Position numbers and translations under genes: made by a program
Assembly (NCBI GenBank): GCA_037379345.1
Contig: CM074513.1
Span: 32,236,885-32,300,884 of the forward strand
Length of the DNA stretch: 64,000 nt
From: Perna viridis
Taxonomy: Eukaryota
Reading direction: 5' to 3'
Notes under the pieces: model-generated
Told to the model about the DNA's origin: nothing
Seen by the model: the letters and a program-made list of their open reading frames with translations, nothing else
Databases searched by the model: none
Shown here: piece by piece, positions 37,801 to 49,274 of the stretch
Position numbering within the stretch: the stretch's first letter is position 1
How the letters are laid out: each line of letters begins with the position of its first letter

Positions 37801-40800
37801 AAGTAAAATGTACCAGGCTAGCAAATACTACAAGTAAATAACATTATTCATAATTGAAGTGAAAGCAAGGATACAAGGAAACTTTACATGGTAGCCTCAC
37901 CACAGCCCAATATCCTGATTTCTAAAAAAATAAATATGTATCTTTCAGTGTTTTGAGTCCTAAAAAAATCACCTAGGTTCAGTTTAACCCATATACATGT
38001 ACTTCAAAATTCTCATCAATAAAGTTATGACATTTGCATATTTATACACTTTTGAATGGTTGTGTCAGAGGGGAATAGTAAATTTATTACCACCTAAGAT
38101 AATATTTGGTATACAGAGATAAATCAATTTAAAGTTTCTCTGAAGTAACAGTTGACAAATTGTTTTATCTTATTGAACCACAATTATGTTTTCATAATCC
38201 AGAAGTAAATGAATGGTGCGACCATGATTGTTGATTGTTGTCTGATGACATTATATCAGGTTCTAATGTTGTTCAATAATAAACCCTGAGATCATCTGAT
38301 CTTTGATTAGCAAGTTCAAATCAAGTGGAAAAACCTATGAAGCATGAGTATGGCACTACTGTCCCAATCAATAGTAAAAAAAAACTGTAATCACAGAGAC
38401 ATATCTCTCCTGTAGCAAAAGCTGTTCATATCGATTTGAAGTACCTGTATTCAGAAAAATTAATGTTCAAATCATAACAAGAAATTTCAAATTTCAAAGT
38501 CAATAGACAATGACTGCACTGTTGTGATGTAGTCATAATAATGCAACTGCATACCAAATATAAATGACTAAGAAATTCCAAAGTCAATAGACCGTGACTG
38601 TGGAGGCCTTTACATAAAAGGATTTGTGATAATGTGATGCTATTGAAACAGCATAACAAATAACAATTTAGGCGCTGCCTATTAGGGACAGGGCATCTGT
38701 ACTCAAATTACATTTAACCTTAATTTATTGATTATGCACCATTATGCTGTTATATCGCTGATGTATCAACCAACAGGAATATGTCAGACTTCATATAACA
38801 CATAATGCGCATCTGCATCAAAAGTTCAAATCACATCCTAACTGCATCCATTACTTCAAACAGAGGATTTACATGCTCCATCCCTATGACTGACCTAGCA
38901 CTAGTGGTTTTTATAAAAATTGATGTAATAAAAAAATTTAGCATTAAAATATTAACAACAAATTTGAAATTTCAGTCAATAGACTGTGACTGCTGGGGCA
39001 TTTGCACGAATCATACACAGCATAATGATGTAGTAATGCTTATGCAACTGCATACCATATATGATTGACCTAGCACAAGCATTTTGTATTAAACTTATCT
39101 AATCAGAAAACTTAACATAAACATAAAATCCTAACATGGATGCCAATGCCTAAAAAGCAATACCTTAATCTCGACTTCCATGACCATCAATGCGGGCAAA
39201 ACAAAACTGTTGACTAGCTTACTTTTCTTACAGTTCTTTTGAAGTAATTTGTTAAAATGTTAAAGTTGATTTACTATACAAAATAAATATATTTTGTTTT
39301 GAAGTATAATAAAAAAAAATTGTTAACACTTTATAGTACATTGTCATTTGAAACTTAATTCATACCTTTTCTCCAACTCTTGTAATAAGAGATTCGAGTC
39401 TGTCTTCAATATCAACATTTTCTGACACTCTTCTTCTCTTACGAACTGATGGAGGTCCTTTAAGTTAAAAATAAAACTCTTTTGTTAGAATAGGTAGGAA
39501 ATAATGTCTGCTTTTTTGAAACATAAAATAGCCATCAGTTGCAGTTCAAATCAGAGGAAAATCATTGATTACAATGTAGAAAAATCTACATGTAAGGACG
39601 TCATCTCATGTTCCATTCAGAGAAAAGCTACATGTATATACATGTATACAATTTGAAACTGCAGGTTGCTCCAGAGTCACATTTTTTTTTATAGTAAATC
39701 TGAAGTTGCCACACAACACCACATTTCACTAGGCCAATTTCAGGTCTGTTCTTGGTAAAATGAAGATTTTAAACATGTACTCAGGGCTTAATCTAGCCAT
39801 TAATGACAAGGAGAAGTTTTGGTAAATTCTATTAGAAAAATTACAATATTGACATTTTTGTCTGTGTAATCTATTACAAAAACTCCTCCCTGTCAAAGAC
39901 AAAAGGAAGAAGTGAGCACAAAGAAGAAGTTATTGCTCATTTCTCCATCTAGATTATGCTCTGTGTGTTTTAAGTACTTTCAAACACATTATTAAAAATC
40001 AAATTCATATTGGAAACAGATAAATAAAGGAAAAAAAATAGCTAAAAACCTAACCTCTAGCATCTGACATGTTTATAAAAATGCAAATTTGTTAATTCCG
40101 ATGAAATATGTTTTGCTTTCAATATTTCATGTCATACAGAATCTTAACCCTATTGGTACATGTAATTGAGCAATAAAAATCCTTAATTAATGTTAAATAT
40201 GGAGAAATATTTTAGATAGAACTGTTTTCAAAACAACCAGATATTTTGGAACAGGTAACTATTTTGCAGAATGAACAAAAAAAATTTTATGAACTAAAAT
40301 TTTAATGATATTTGTAATTCGATTGTTAGTTTCAAAATTTTGTTTTTCATCTTAAAAAGCACAATTTTATAACATATACAGATGAATTAATTCAAAATGT
40401 TAAATGAATTTCCAGGAATACTTGATTTTCTTAACAACTGAATTAACCAAAAAGATGATCCTTCTCCCCCAGACACAAGGATACAACTATCTGATCCTTT
40501 AAAGCCCTTTGCAACTCAAAAATAACAATATTCATTCTTTAAATGACTACAAAAAAAATTTTTGAAGTTTTTTCTCATTCTGAGCATGTAAATGACCAAC
40601 TAAAACATCCAATTTCGTCAGTTAAATCTGATAAAATGACAAAAATGGGCTGTTAAAATTTCAAGACCCATTGATGGAACATTTATTTTTTCCTGTCTCA
40701 TCACTGTTGTACATGGCATCCAACATTGTATTATGTGGTACATCTGTCATTGCAAGTCTTTATTATGTGCTTAAAATGAATGTATGTTATATGTAATGCA

Positions 40801-41239
40801 ATTTTAATATACATGTATGTAAAGTATCATTCTCCATGGGTCCAATCATATAATCATATGGATAATAATCCTTCATTTTCTTCTTCAGCAAGTACACATG
40901 TAGGGTATACATGTTTCTCTGATTTTAGCACCATTTCATGTAAAACAGTGAGTTAAGAAACTATATCATAAGCTTGAAAATATCAACTTATGAGCATAAT
41001 TCCTTCCAACAATCCCGACCCCGCATATTTATTTTTTCACTACAAGACTAGTCTTGCACATATTCTTTAAAAGTGAACTGTAGAAAAGGAGAAATAATTT
41101 GTGACATTACGACTATGCTCATTTGAAGATTTAATACAAAAATAGCCCTGAAAGCGCAAAAATGGGTTCTTTTGCATTATAAGAAACGTTTACCATCCTC
41201 TTCGTCGCTGTACGAGTCGTGTCGTCGACGACCAGACAT
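16832..41239 (-). CDS. NCBP1: Nuclear cap-binding protein subunit 1 (CBP80), 23 coding exons, 793 aa
   Basis: Exons in transcription order: 41194-41239, 39366-39457, 37655-37755, 35959-36043, 35253-35324, 34789-34896, 33580-33627, 32850-32923, 32125-32194, 31337-31552, 30986-31083, 29520-29583, 28752-28862, 26678-26742, 25089-25226, 24384-24610, 23071-23170, 21183-21276, 20591-20694, 19666-19780, 18414-18539, 17602-17715, 16832-16945. All introns GT-AG with consistent phases; 2382 nt total. CBP80 peptides: [98 protein letters not shown]. Confidence 0.96.
17325..17512. mobile_element. TA-flanked MITE (Tc1/mariner-type); related partial copy at 20230-20394
   Basis: TA-CTGTGACAGTACT ... AGTACTTTCACAT-TA termini; the second copy ends AGTACTTTCACAGTA. 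Confidence 0.6.
19163..19265. repeat. Imperfect foldback in NCBP1 intron 20
   Basis: GGATTATAGCATGAATATTGGGGAATA / TATTCCCCAGTATTCATGCAATAACC arms. Confidence 0.65.
19922..20072. repeat. Long foldback (~72-bp arms) with GCGC-GAA-GTGC tip, NCBP1 intron 19
   Basis: GAATTGGCTATGATAAAAATTTTGTCT...TGCATATTGTTTATTGC pairs with GCAATAAACAAAATATGCA...AGACAAAATTTTTATCATAACCAATTC. Confidence 0.85.
20880..21045. mobile_element. Short MITE
   Basis: AGGGCTATTCC / GGAATAGCTCT termini. Confidence 0.55.
21547..22865. mobile_element. CAGGGGCGGATCCA-type MITE split by a Helentron-like element (21601-22761) carrying ~328-bp tandem units
   Basis: Outer TIRs CAGGGGCGGATTCA (21547) / TGGATCCGCCACTG (to 22865). 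Inner element starts AACAAGAGGCTCCCAGGAGCCTGAATC, repeats GCTAAACCTAAC..TTTTGGAGATAT near 21905, 22232 and 22559, and ends GACAACGAC...CCAAGTGATGGCAATAGCT. Confidence 0.75.
23279..23795 (-). mobile_element. tRNA-derived (SINE/retrozyme-like) unit bounded by direct repeats within (TA)n
   Basis: Minus-strand A box TGGCTGAGTGG (23449-23459) and B box GGTTCGAATCC (23381-23391). CAAGTCTAAACTACACCC(C)AACTCTA at 23303-23328 and 23764-23788. TA runs on both sides. Confidence 0.65.
23815..24285 (+). pseudogene. Penelope-like element RT C-terminal fragment plus 3' end
   Basis: SASYLDLHL...[22 protein letters not shown]....[14 protein letters not shown], typical of Penelope-like RT; same family as 45205-45800 and 50080-50460. 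Confidence 0.8.
25852..25965. repeat. GGGGCTTTT(G/A)TC minisatellite-like G-rich tract
   Basis: About seven degenerate copies; complementary AAAAGCCCCCC near 25328-25338 suggests MITE subterminal repeats. Confidence 0.6.
26105..26665 (+). repeat. Helentron-like dispersed repeat; relatives near 33040-33260, 36330-37372 and 48710-49085
   Basis: Shared head AATAAAATGC(C/T)TTG..G(T/A)TGCAGCT and ACCCTGAA motif; GACAAC microsatellite and hairpin at the 3' end. Confidence 0.5.
26743..28751 (-). other. U12-type (minor spliceosome) GT-AG intron 13 of NCBP1
   Basis: Donor GTATCCTTTC (28751-28742); branch point TTTTCTTAAC (26760-26751) only 8 nt from the exon; no polypyrimidine tract. Confidence 0.9.
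27535..28392 (+). mobile_element. Helentron-like element inside the U12 intron
   Basis: Same internal unit and 3' end (GACGACAACG..CCAAGTGATGG.AATAGCTCAC) as 21601-22761 and 49275-50061. Confidence 0.65.
31838..31994. mobile_element. MITE with palindromic subterminal motif (PIF/Harbinger-like ends)
   Basis: AAAATCTCAAGTTGAGAATTTCCT / AGGAAAATCTCAATTTGAGATTTT arms. Confidence 0.5.
34350..34715 (+). repeat. Two units of the ~160-bp satellite with Helentron-like 3' end
   Basis: AAATATCAAAA..CTACATC.AAAG.CAAAAAAGTTACAGCCC repeated; ACAGAC microsatellite followed by ATCACTATAGGGCC...GGCCCTAAT hairpin. Confidence 0.7.
39782..39963. mobile_element. hAT-type MITE
   Basis: CAGGGCTTAATCTAG / CTAGATTATGCTCTG termini; related inverted fragment near 34005-34210; no clean TSD. 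Confidence 0.5.
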
Positions 41240-41279
41240 ACTTCTTACGCCGGTCACCACAACTTTCTTTTCACGCTTT

Positions 41280-41345
41280 GTTTTTCCCGGAAGTTTCAAA
41301 CGATGTGAAGTTTTCTTGATTTTCGATTGGACAAAAATGGCAAAT
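41280..41345 (-). promoter_or_regulatory. NCBP1 proximal promoter (TATA-less)
   Basis: ETS site CCGGAAGT 41287-41294, CCAAT box (CCAATCGAAA on minus) 41321-41330 and YY1-like AAAATGGC 41334-41341, just upstream of a CpG-rich exon 1. Confidence 0.55.
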
Positions 41346-41789
41346 ATTTAATTTAATACCAAAAGTTACTTTAATCAAGAAGTGCACAACAACGACCACA
41401 TAAAAACCTATAGGGCAGCAAAGTACTTCAAATTTGTTGGCATTTAAAAGTGCTATGCATCACATGATTGCCTCCTTAATGATTTTTAAAAAAGTGTACT
41501 GGCAGCCCTATTTAATGTAAATGGAATGCTATTTTTTTGCAATCAAAATCAGTTGTTGAGATAAAGGGATAATTATGCACTTTAAAGGCCTACTCGTGTT
41601 GACTTGACATCGAGTTCATTACTTTCAAGATCGACTTAATAAAGATACTTTTCCCTGTATAATAAAACGCTGCCGCGTAATGGAATGGTCAATTGATAAA
41701 TCTGGCTTCCAATTCATTTCTTTTAACGACTATGCATTATTCGATGATTGAAGACGGGATGAATAATTCTAAATTAAAAAAAAAATTAT

Positions 41790-41890
41790 TACAAATTCGC
41801 TTTGGTAAAGCTTTATACAGTCAGATTGTTAGTATACCAGTGGCCACTAAATATGCTCCGCTCATAGCAGATTTGTTTCTTTAGCGACTG
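41790..41890 (+). pseudogene. Penelope-like RT fragment
   Basis: RFGKALYSQIVSIPVATKYAPLIADLFL, a degenerate form of the GIPMGTNCAPLLADLFL motif. Confidence 0.55.
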
Positions 41891-42599
41891 TCATGGCTAA
41901 TTACGATTGATTCAAAAATCCATCCAAACAAGGACCACAGAGTCCCAATATCAAATATGCAATTGAGAATTGTTTTTTTTTTACGGTCTTGACTATCCTT
42001 ACGAATCTCGCACGGGGATTCTGTTAGTAATGCCAGTTAGTGGTGGAAGGTAGCGGAGCCCAGCTTCCGGATACCTGACAGAAGAGCTCAGTCAGAATAT
42101 GTCCTACTAGCGGCTGGGCTGCTGTGTTGACGCTCTGGTCTACTCCCAGACACCACGTGGGTCCGAGAGAGTTTCCCCACTCTAACTATTTGTTAGTACG
42201 TCGACGTGTAGAGTGTAAATATGAAATTCGGCTTATTCTTGTATATATACCAGTCGATCGGACGGTATATTCTAGTATTTGATAGTGGAATTAATCTAAC
42301 CACTGTGAGTCGACTAAGACTAACAATAACTGATTCCGTATGTATTTTATTCTGCATGTGTACATTTATGAATATATCAGAATAGTCTCTCATAATTCTT
42401 AATAGAATGGCATTTGTATACTGCTTTTCATACTTTTATGTCTTTTATTGTTGACTTTTAAGCATAAGTATGTTGTATGAATTATGGTATTTTATATGTT
42501 ATGCAAGTGGTGAGACTTTAATAAAATAATAAGTCTTGAATCTTGAATCTATAAAAATTGAACATTTTGAAAAGATTTGTGTATCTTTGGACACTCAAC

Positions 42600-42960
42600 T
42601 CCCAATTTCTAGTGTAAGAAAAAATAAAAGAACTAGGGAAGAAATGTGTATTTGCACGCGCGGATAGAGCGGCTAAGAACGTTGTTATCATGATGTATTA
42701 TACAGAAGTACTTCGCAACGAAATAAATAACTCGAGTACTTTCCAATTCACGAATACTGAAAAGAGTGAAATGGCTAAAGAACATCATAAATCAGCTGCT
42801 GTTTTGTGTACTAACACCGATTATATGACTGTTCCAACCTTATATTGAATACCGAAACTTCATCCTCTTGCAAGTGTATTACCACTAATATGTCCAAGTT
42901 ATTAACGACAGCTTAAGTTCTTTTGGGTAGATATCTTGAACACGTTCTTTTTTCGAAATT
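42600..42960 (+). pseudogene. Highly decayed Penelope-like RT N-terminal fragment
   Basis: ADRAAKNVVIM and VPTLY*IPKLH peptides resemble DKAxNN and P.LYW.PKLHK motifs. Confidence 0.45.
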
Positions 42961-43539
42961 AGGATTATTTTACGGCCAAAATATCATCAAGATATCTAAA
43001 GATATTATTAAATTCACGCAACCGATAATGTTATGGAGGATCTTTAAAGAGTTTACAAAAGATTACGAAGAAGAATAAGAGTTGTTCATTAAAGTGCAAT
43101 TTGAATTAATATAACATTATTACATGCGTACATATTTAAATCTTCAGCCAGCCAAATAGGCGTATGATGCACTGTTAAATAATTATGTCCAAACACAATA
43201 CAGGGACTTTAACTTTAAATTGTCAAGTGTCATGTTAAATGAACTATTTATTTCGGATTTCAAAACTAGAAATATTACCAAAACAAAGAAATATAGATAT
43301 ATCAGTGTGTCTGAGCTCCGATTTGAGATATATCAGTGTGTCTAAGCTGTGGTTTGATAACTATCTGCCATAAAATTTGCTACGAGTTGGTAAGTTTAAA
43401 ATAAGAAAGAATTCATAAAATTTACCATCATCAGAAAGACCAGAAATGTTACGATAAACTTTACATATGTCTACAAACAGTTTGTTTCTTTCAGCTTCAT
43501 ATTTCGCACGACGTATTAGGACACGTGTGTTGTCTTCAA

Positions 43540-44592
43540 CTGAATTTGTAGTAAATGAATTAAAAAAAAAACTCCAATTCTAGTATGAAATCGATATATT
43601 GTAAACTTTTTAATGTATTTTTTTTCTGGAATTATTCCAGAATCTTGGACGACTGGAATTATTATACTTATTTACCAATAAATAAGGGGTCTCAAACAAA
43701 CCCAAGTAATTATAGACCTATTACTTTAATTAACTGCATTGGAAAGCTATTTACATCGAGTTTAAACATTAGAGTAAATTTCTTTGCCAATAAGATTTCT
43801 CTTATATCGGAGAATCAATCTGGTTTTTGTAAAGGATATGCAACTGTAGATAATGTTTTTTTGTGTTACATGCACTTATTGAACTGTATTTTACTTTTGG
43901 CAAAAAGCTTTTCTGCACATTTATTTATTTTAGAAAGGCTTTTGACACAGTTTTTTAGAATTTGTCTTTGGCAAAAGTTAAAGTTGTATAGCATAATGGG
44001 AAAATGTTTTAATATTATATTTAATATGTACAAAGGTATAAAATATTGTGTAAGATATAACTGAGTAACTTCTGATTTTGTTCATGTAACATTGGCGTTA
44101 GACAGGCAGAGAACTTTTCACCCTTTCTTTTCATGTTATTTTTAATGACTTAGAGGAATATTTAAGAAATTTAGGAGGAGCTTCGCTTGATGTGTTGAAA
44201 CAGAAATTTTCTGATGAATTACATATATACTTTGAATTGTTTGTCATTTTATATGCAGATGATACTGCTATTTTATCCGAATAAAAAATGGTATGCAACA
44301 GTCCCTAAATATATTCCAGTCATATTGTGATCTATGGAAATTAGATGTAAATGTAAAGAAAACCAAGGTGATGGTGTTTAGTAAAAGGATAGTCCAAAGA
44401 TAAATATGAATTTACACTTCAAGGCGCTAAATTAGATATTGTTAAATCTTTTTCATATCTTGGCGTTATCTTCAAATACAACGGTACATTTTTTTGATAC
44501 TAGAAAGAAGTTGATAGACCAAGCGCAAAAGTCTTTGCATTTTATATATAAATGCATCAGAATTGAAATCATTCCTATTGATTTACAGTTAA
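43540..44592 (+). pseudogene. CR1/L2-type LINE ORF2 RT fragment
   Basis: KG....PSNYRPITLINCIGKLF, ISENQSGF..G.ATVD, GVRQ, LYADDT (~44250) and VNVKKTKVMVF; many stops and frameshifts. Confidence 0.85.
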
Positions 44593-44593
44593 C

Positions 44594-44750
44594 TAAGAAA
44601 TAATTTATCGAGGGGGTAGATTTTAACATGGGTACGGCATTTATATTCGATTATTTAACATCGAGCGACAGCGAGTACAAATCTACTCCCAGAAGGAATT
44701 ATTTCTTTTCTAATATGAAAAATACGGTAACTTTTGTGACAAAATGTTTC
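44594..44750. mobile_element. Second (partly deleted) copy of the 8937-9140 hairpin element, core inverted
   Basis: Flanks co-linear with 8937-9140; core CGAGCGACAGCGA is the reverse complement of 9013-9025. Confidence 0.8.
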
Positions 44751-45204
44751 TAAGCAAAACAGAAAATGCCATTTATGTAATACTAGTGATGTCGGTGATG
44801 AGTCTCATTAGTTATTTATATGCAAATATGACCATTTAGCTTCTCAAAGATGTAAACTTATTTCTAGTTACTTTCTTAAACATCCAAACATATCGAAAAT
44901 GATAGGATTACTCTCTATATGTAATGTTGAGGTGTATAAACGGTTGTCGTTATTTATTAAGAAGATAGCCTTATTGTTCTAGTTCTAGAATTATTTGTTA
45001 TTTATTGTTTTCATGTTTGATGATGATGAATGTGCTTCATTTATATTTAATAATGTTATGAAGTTATTTTTTCGTGTTATTTAAATGTATCTGTTTAATT
45101 CATATATCTAATATATTAGGTATCAAATATGTTTCAATTTATTTTGCTCATATCACATGTATTCCATGTCTGAGTTTACTAAATGAAAAATCTTGAATCT
45201 TAGA

Positions 45205-45800
45205 GATCGATGGTATGGAAAAATATTGACCAAACTATACGATGACTTTTCATTCCATTTTGTCAACTTTCCTTCCATCTATGGCATCCCTTCAGCACCT
45301 GAATATGGAGTTTTAATACCACAACTCATACATTATTGCAGAGCTTGCTGTAACTAAGCAGACATGTTGTATCGCTCTACAATTCTTACAATTAGGCTTC
45401 TGAAACAGGGTTATGCTTGTACATGATTGAAGTCGTCATTAGTTTTGTGGTCGTAGTCATGACCTCGTGGATCGTTGCGGTGTATTCATCTGCATGATGA
45501 AAACTGATTTGTTCAACGTGTTTTCCTTTCATCTTTCATCTACCACGGACTTGACTTTTTATGAGTAACTCGGTGGGTGTTTCTTGAAAAGCAGAGGACG
45601 CTAACCTTACCGGTGCACCTTGTCCATGCACCCAGTTTTTAGTGGAGTCCGAGTTGCTCATTTACTTTAGTTACTTTGTATGTATTATTTTGGTTATTTT
45701 TGTTCTTTAATTGTTGTGTTTGTCTGTTTTCCATTCCTAGTCTTCGTCCCTGGAAGATTTTCGGTAGAATCTTGGTTCCCTTGATTACTCTTTGCATTGT
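45205..45800 (+). mobile_element. Penelope-like element 3' fragment (RT C-terminus plus structured 3' region)
   Basis: Homologous to 23885-24285 (TKLY.DDFSF..VNFP...IPSAP.YGV). Confidence 0.75.
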
Positions 45801-46247
45801 TTACACTTCGTGTCTGTTTAGCTCAATACATGTATCTTTTATCTTTGTTTCTAGTTCTTGGATTTTATTGTCAGCTTGTGCAAATTCTAATGTCATTTCA
45901 TTGTTCAGTTTCTCAATTTTCTCCTTGATTTCTCTGGTAAAGTTTTTCCCTAAATTTTTCATTCTTTGCTCTAACGATTGTCTCATACTTTCCTGGTTGT
46001 CTCTGATGGTTATTAATATTTGGAATAAATCATCCAGGGATCTCTCTGATTGTGACAGACGTAGTGGGTTAGCTTGTGACGATGTGGCGCTTGCGGATGA
46101 CAATGTGTTTAATCGTTTGGGGTTGGGATGAAAGAGCGGTTCGTTGTCTGTATCGGAAAAACTTTTTGGTCTGGTGTATTTTGGGCAAAACAGGGTTTGT
46201 TTTTGTATCTTGGCGTGAGTGGGTGAGTTCATGAAGAAGATAGGCAA
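45801..46247 (-). pseudogene. Coiled-coil ORF fragment, probably LINE ORF1-like, truncated at the Penelope insertion
   Basis: Basic/Ser-rich N-terminus followed by heptad repeats (LFQILITIRDNQESMRQSLEQRMKNL...IQELETKIK); ends at the repeat junction. Confidence 0.4.
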
Positions 46248-46364
46248 TGCAGAATTAATGAAGAGTTGCCATATACATATAATACCTCTTTCAATACTCC
46301 CTTTATCGATGTTTTGTCAACAATAACATGGAGAACTAAATAAAGACAACAATACAGGTTAGTC

Positions 46365-46590
46365 TCATTCCCAATATGTCAAAATGACAAAAGAGACGAT
46401 TTTGATTTTCCATTCCTAGATGGTGATATTCCCGAAGCACCCTCCTCGATATTAAACATTTCATAACTGGTCCGTTTTGCTCACATTTGTTGTAAAGTGT
46501 CAGGTTTTAAAGGACAAAACAGATTCATCATAGAAAAATTTTGCACCAGGGGTATACCGATTTCACAAACTTCTAAAAACATTTACTAAT
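46365..46590 (+). pseudogene. Decayed Penelope-like RT fragment (different subfamily)
   Basis: DKRDDFDF..FPFLDGDIP...SQLVRFA-like peptides. Confidence 0.5.
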
Positions 46591-47840
46591 TTATTAGGAA
46601 AGGATACGATTTTCAAACTTTTCACAAATACAGATATTCGACCCTTAATTGTAACCCTACATAAAACTGTCATTTTTTAGCATTGCACTACATCAAATCT
46701 TACCTATTACTTCTCCAAATCCAGTCTACTGGAATTGTAGTGACCGATCATTTTTAATGCTGGAAATTTTTATGGTATTGTTGTTCTTTAATATGTTCTC
46801 AGTTAGCTTTCAGTAACTGCGACCGTTCTTTTATTGGATATCATGTATTTAGATATATTCCATGAATGATAATTTGATATATTACTGAGTGAATTTTATG
46901 GTGTGTTTATTCGCTGTTTCAGTTCATTTTTGAACTTACATTAAAGGAGGATAGTCAATGCCTTTTAAAACTAGTTTAACCCCACAGCAGACATATGCAT
47001 GTCCACTGTCAGGATATGTCTGTCATTGATGACCATTATTGTGTTTTCGGGTCGTCATTTGACTTTTTATTTTTTTTTTATTATTTTGGTCATCGTCCTG
47101 TTACCATTGCAATAATGGCGTTTCACCATACCTGTTCCTTTTTCTATCCATATATGTATTCAGAGCATTTCATAAAATATAAGCACTACACTGTGGTACA
47201 TTTGGTGAAGTTTTGTTGATCACCTTTTAAAAAAGACTAAGCGTCACATGATTTTGATACAAAGTTGAGAAAGCCAATGCTATCTTGCATTATCGTGCAT
47301 TCTCAGTCGATTCCGCATATCTTCGTAACATGTTTCTCTATTTTTTTTCCATCGAAATAATTGTCAACATTCACAAGATAGTCCTGTCTTTTTAAGTAGT
47401 ATAAATAACATTTCTGTATACACAAAGGACATAGCTAACTGCTATCCGTTATGTACCGCCCGTGTGTAAGTGTTACATTTGGGAAGTACTTTTCTGTTCT
47501 TTATCTATTGTTCAAGTGTGCCGAATTTAAATGCCGCCACCCCCGTGCCTTGTGCGGATTCCCATCTACATTTCAACAAACTAGAGACTTGACCAACCAT
47601 GCAGCAATCGCGAGAAAGGAGTCAGCGACGTAAGAAAAGCCCGTTTTAAAAATATATCTTTTAAATAAATTTAAAATTGTTGAAGTAAAGATGCGCGACG
47701 AGGTAGTAGGATGTTAATGAGATGTTTAGGACTGCGTAAGTCTCTTTTACTCATTATGAATTTAAAAGTTTAAAATATCATAGTTTAGTTAGGAGTGAAA
47801 AATATTTGTTGTATTGAAAGCATTTTTTTCATAGGAAAGT

Positions 47841-48281
47841 CATCATCCCAAGTCAGGGTTTTGAGTCCACCCTCGCTCCCTCAAACCCCTGACATCACTC
47901 ATTCATATTTAGAGGGTATCGTCCAGCGCCATCTAGTGAGTTACCTAAATTTAACCCGGATCCGAAATCCAAAATTCTTCGATATTACTTACAAAATGGC
48001 TACATACACATAACGTCATTTTTGTCGCTAAAGACTCCAAACTGAATCTACATTTATCATTCATATTGAATCATTTGTGACATCTTACAACTATCAGTTA
48101 CTCGTGTCATTGTTTACCTTTCCGCAGACATTTTATGTCAAATCAATTTTCATTGGTGCCTCGCACCAGAGTAGCAACCAATCGGAATTGGCTGGACGAT
48201 ACCCGCTAAATATGAATGAGTGATGTCAGGGGTTAGAGGGAGCGATCGAGGGTGGACTCAAAACCCTGACTTGGGAGGATG
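47841..48281. mobile_element. MITE with ~70-bp TIRs and 9-bp TSD (Mutator-like signature)
   Basis: TSD TAGGAAAGT at 47832-47840 and 48282-48290; TIR CATC(A/C)TCCCAAGTCAGGGTTTTGAGTCCACCCTCG...TGACATCACTCATTCATATTTAG. Confidence 0.92.
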
Positions 48282-49274
48282 TAGGAAAGTATACTTACAT
48301 TTTTATATAAAAAATACAAGCATTGGAAACCTTATATATGGATACACATTCTTATAAGAAACTTGGTTTCATTTTGTGTTGAAATAGGTATATGAAATAT
48401 TTACTGCTTAAATTTATATTTTTTAAAAGATCTTATCAAAACGTTTCTTGTAATGTTGACATCTAAATCTTGTTTTCATTTTAAGCTTGCGAAAGGAATG
48501 AATTTAAACCATTACAACAATTGATACTTGAACTAAAAATTGTGAGTAAAGCTCCATAAAGGATGCATCCACTACCCTTTCAAGAAACTAAATTTAACCA
48601 GCAGATCATATTATTATTGGAAAATCTTGAAGTCAAATAGAAGTTCATGTCGCTTCCACGAGTTAGCTTATAAAACCAGCCAAAATAACAAGTGGCTGGG
48701 ATAAGTAGTTAAAAGCTTTGCGGATCACAGCATGATACGCGGTGGTTAACCTTAACAGTTGGGGCAAGTGTGGACAAAATATCAAGTTTTTGACACACTT
48801 AAACAGAGGGACTTACAATTCATTATGGACATAATATAGCACAAAACTTGAAATTCCATTAAAAATGTTCAAAATCAGACAAAAATATAATAAAAAGTTT
48901 AGTCAAACGCAGCATGATACAACCGCAATGATCGAATCCCGAACAGTTGGGCAAGTGTGATTTTTGCCATACTCAATAAGGAATTGCAATTAATTATGGA
49001 CACATCAAATGGTTTGGACGCTATATTGCACAAAATTTTAATTGCATTAAAAATTTTCAAAATCAGACAAAAAAATAAAAAGTTCGATTTCTTCATGTGA
49101 CTCCTTTTGAAATCCGATCAAGAGCAAAAAATTAGATTTTTACCGGTGTGGTTCCTTTGACCCCATTATAACTCGGGAACCGTAAGAGATTTCTGAAATC
49201 CGATTGAAAAACGCTGGCAGGAATTTTTTTATGAGGAATAAAATTAAATAAAAATGAAATCGGACCCAAAATGA

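Noticed and set aside
16946-41193. Intronic snoRNAs in NCBP1
   Set aside because: No properly spaced C/D box pair with terminal stem found by eye; a covariance search would be needed.
42301-42331. RSS/ProtoRAG-like CACTGTG...ACAATAACT
   Set aside because: 15-nt spacer, no partner end and no RAG/Transib coding sequence; expected by chance.
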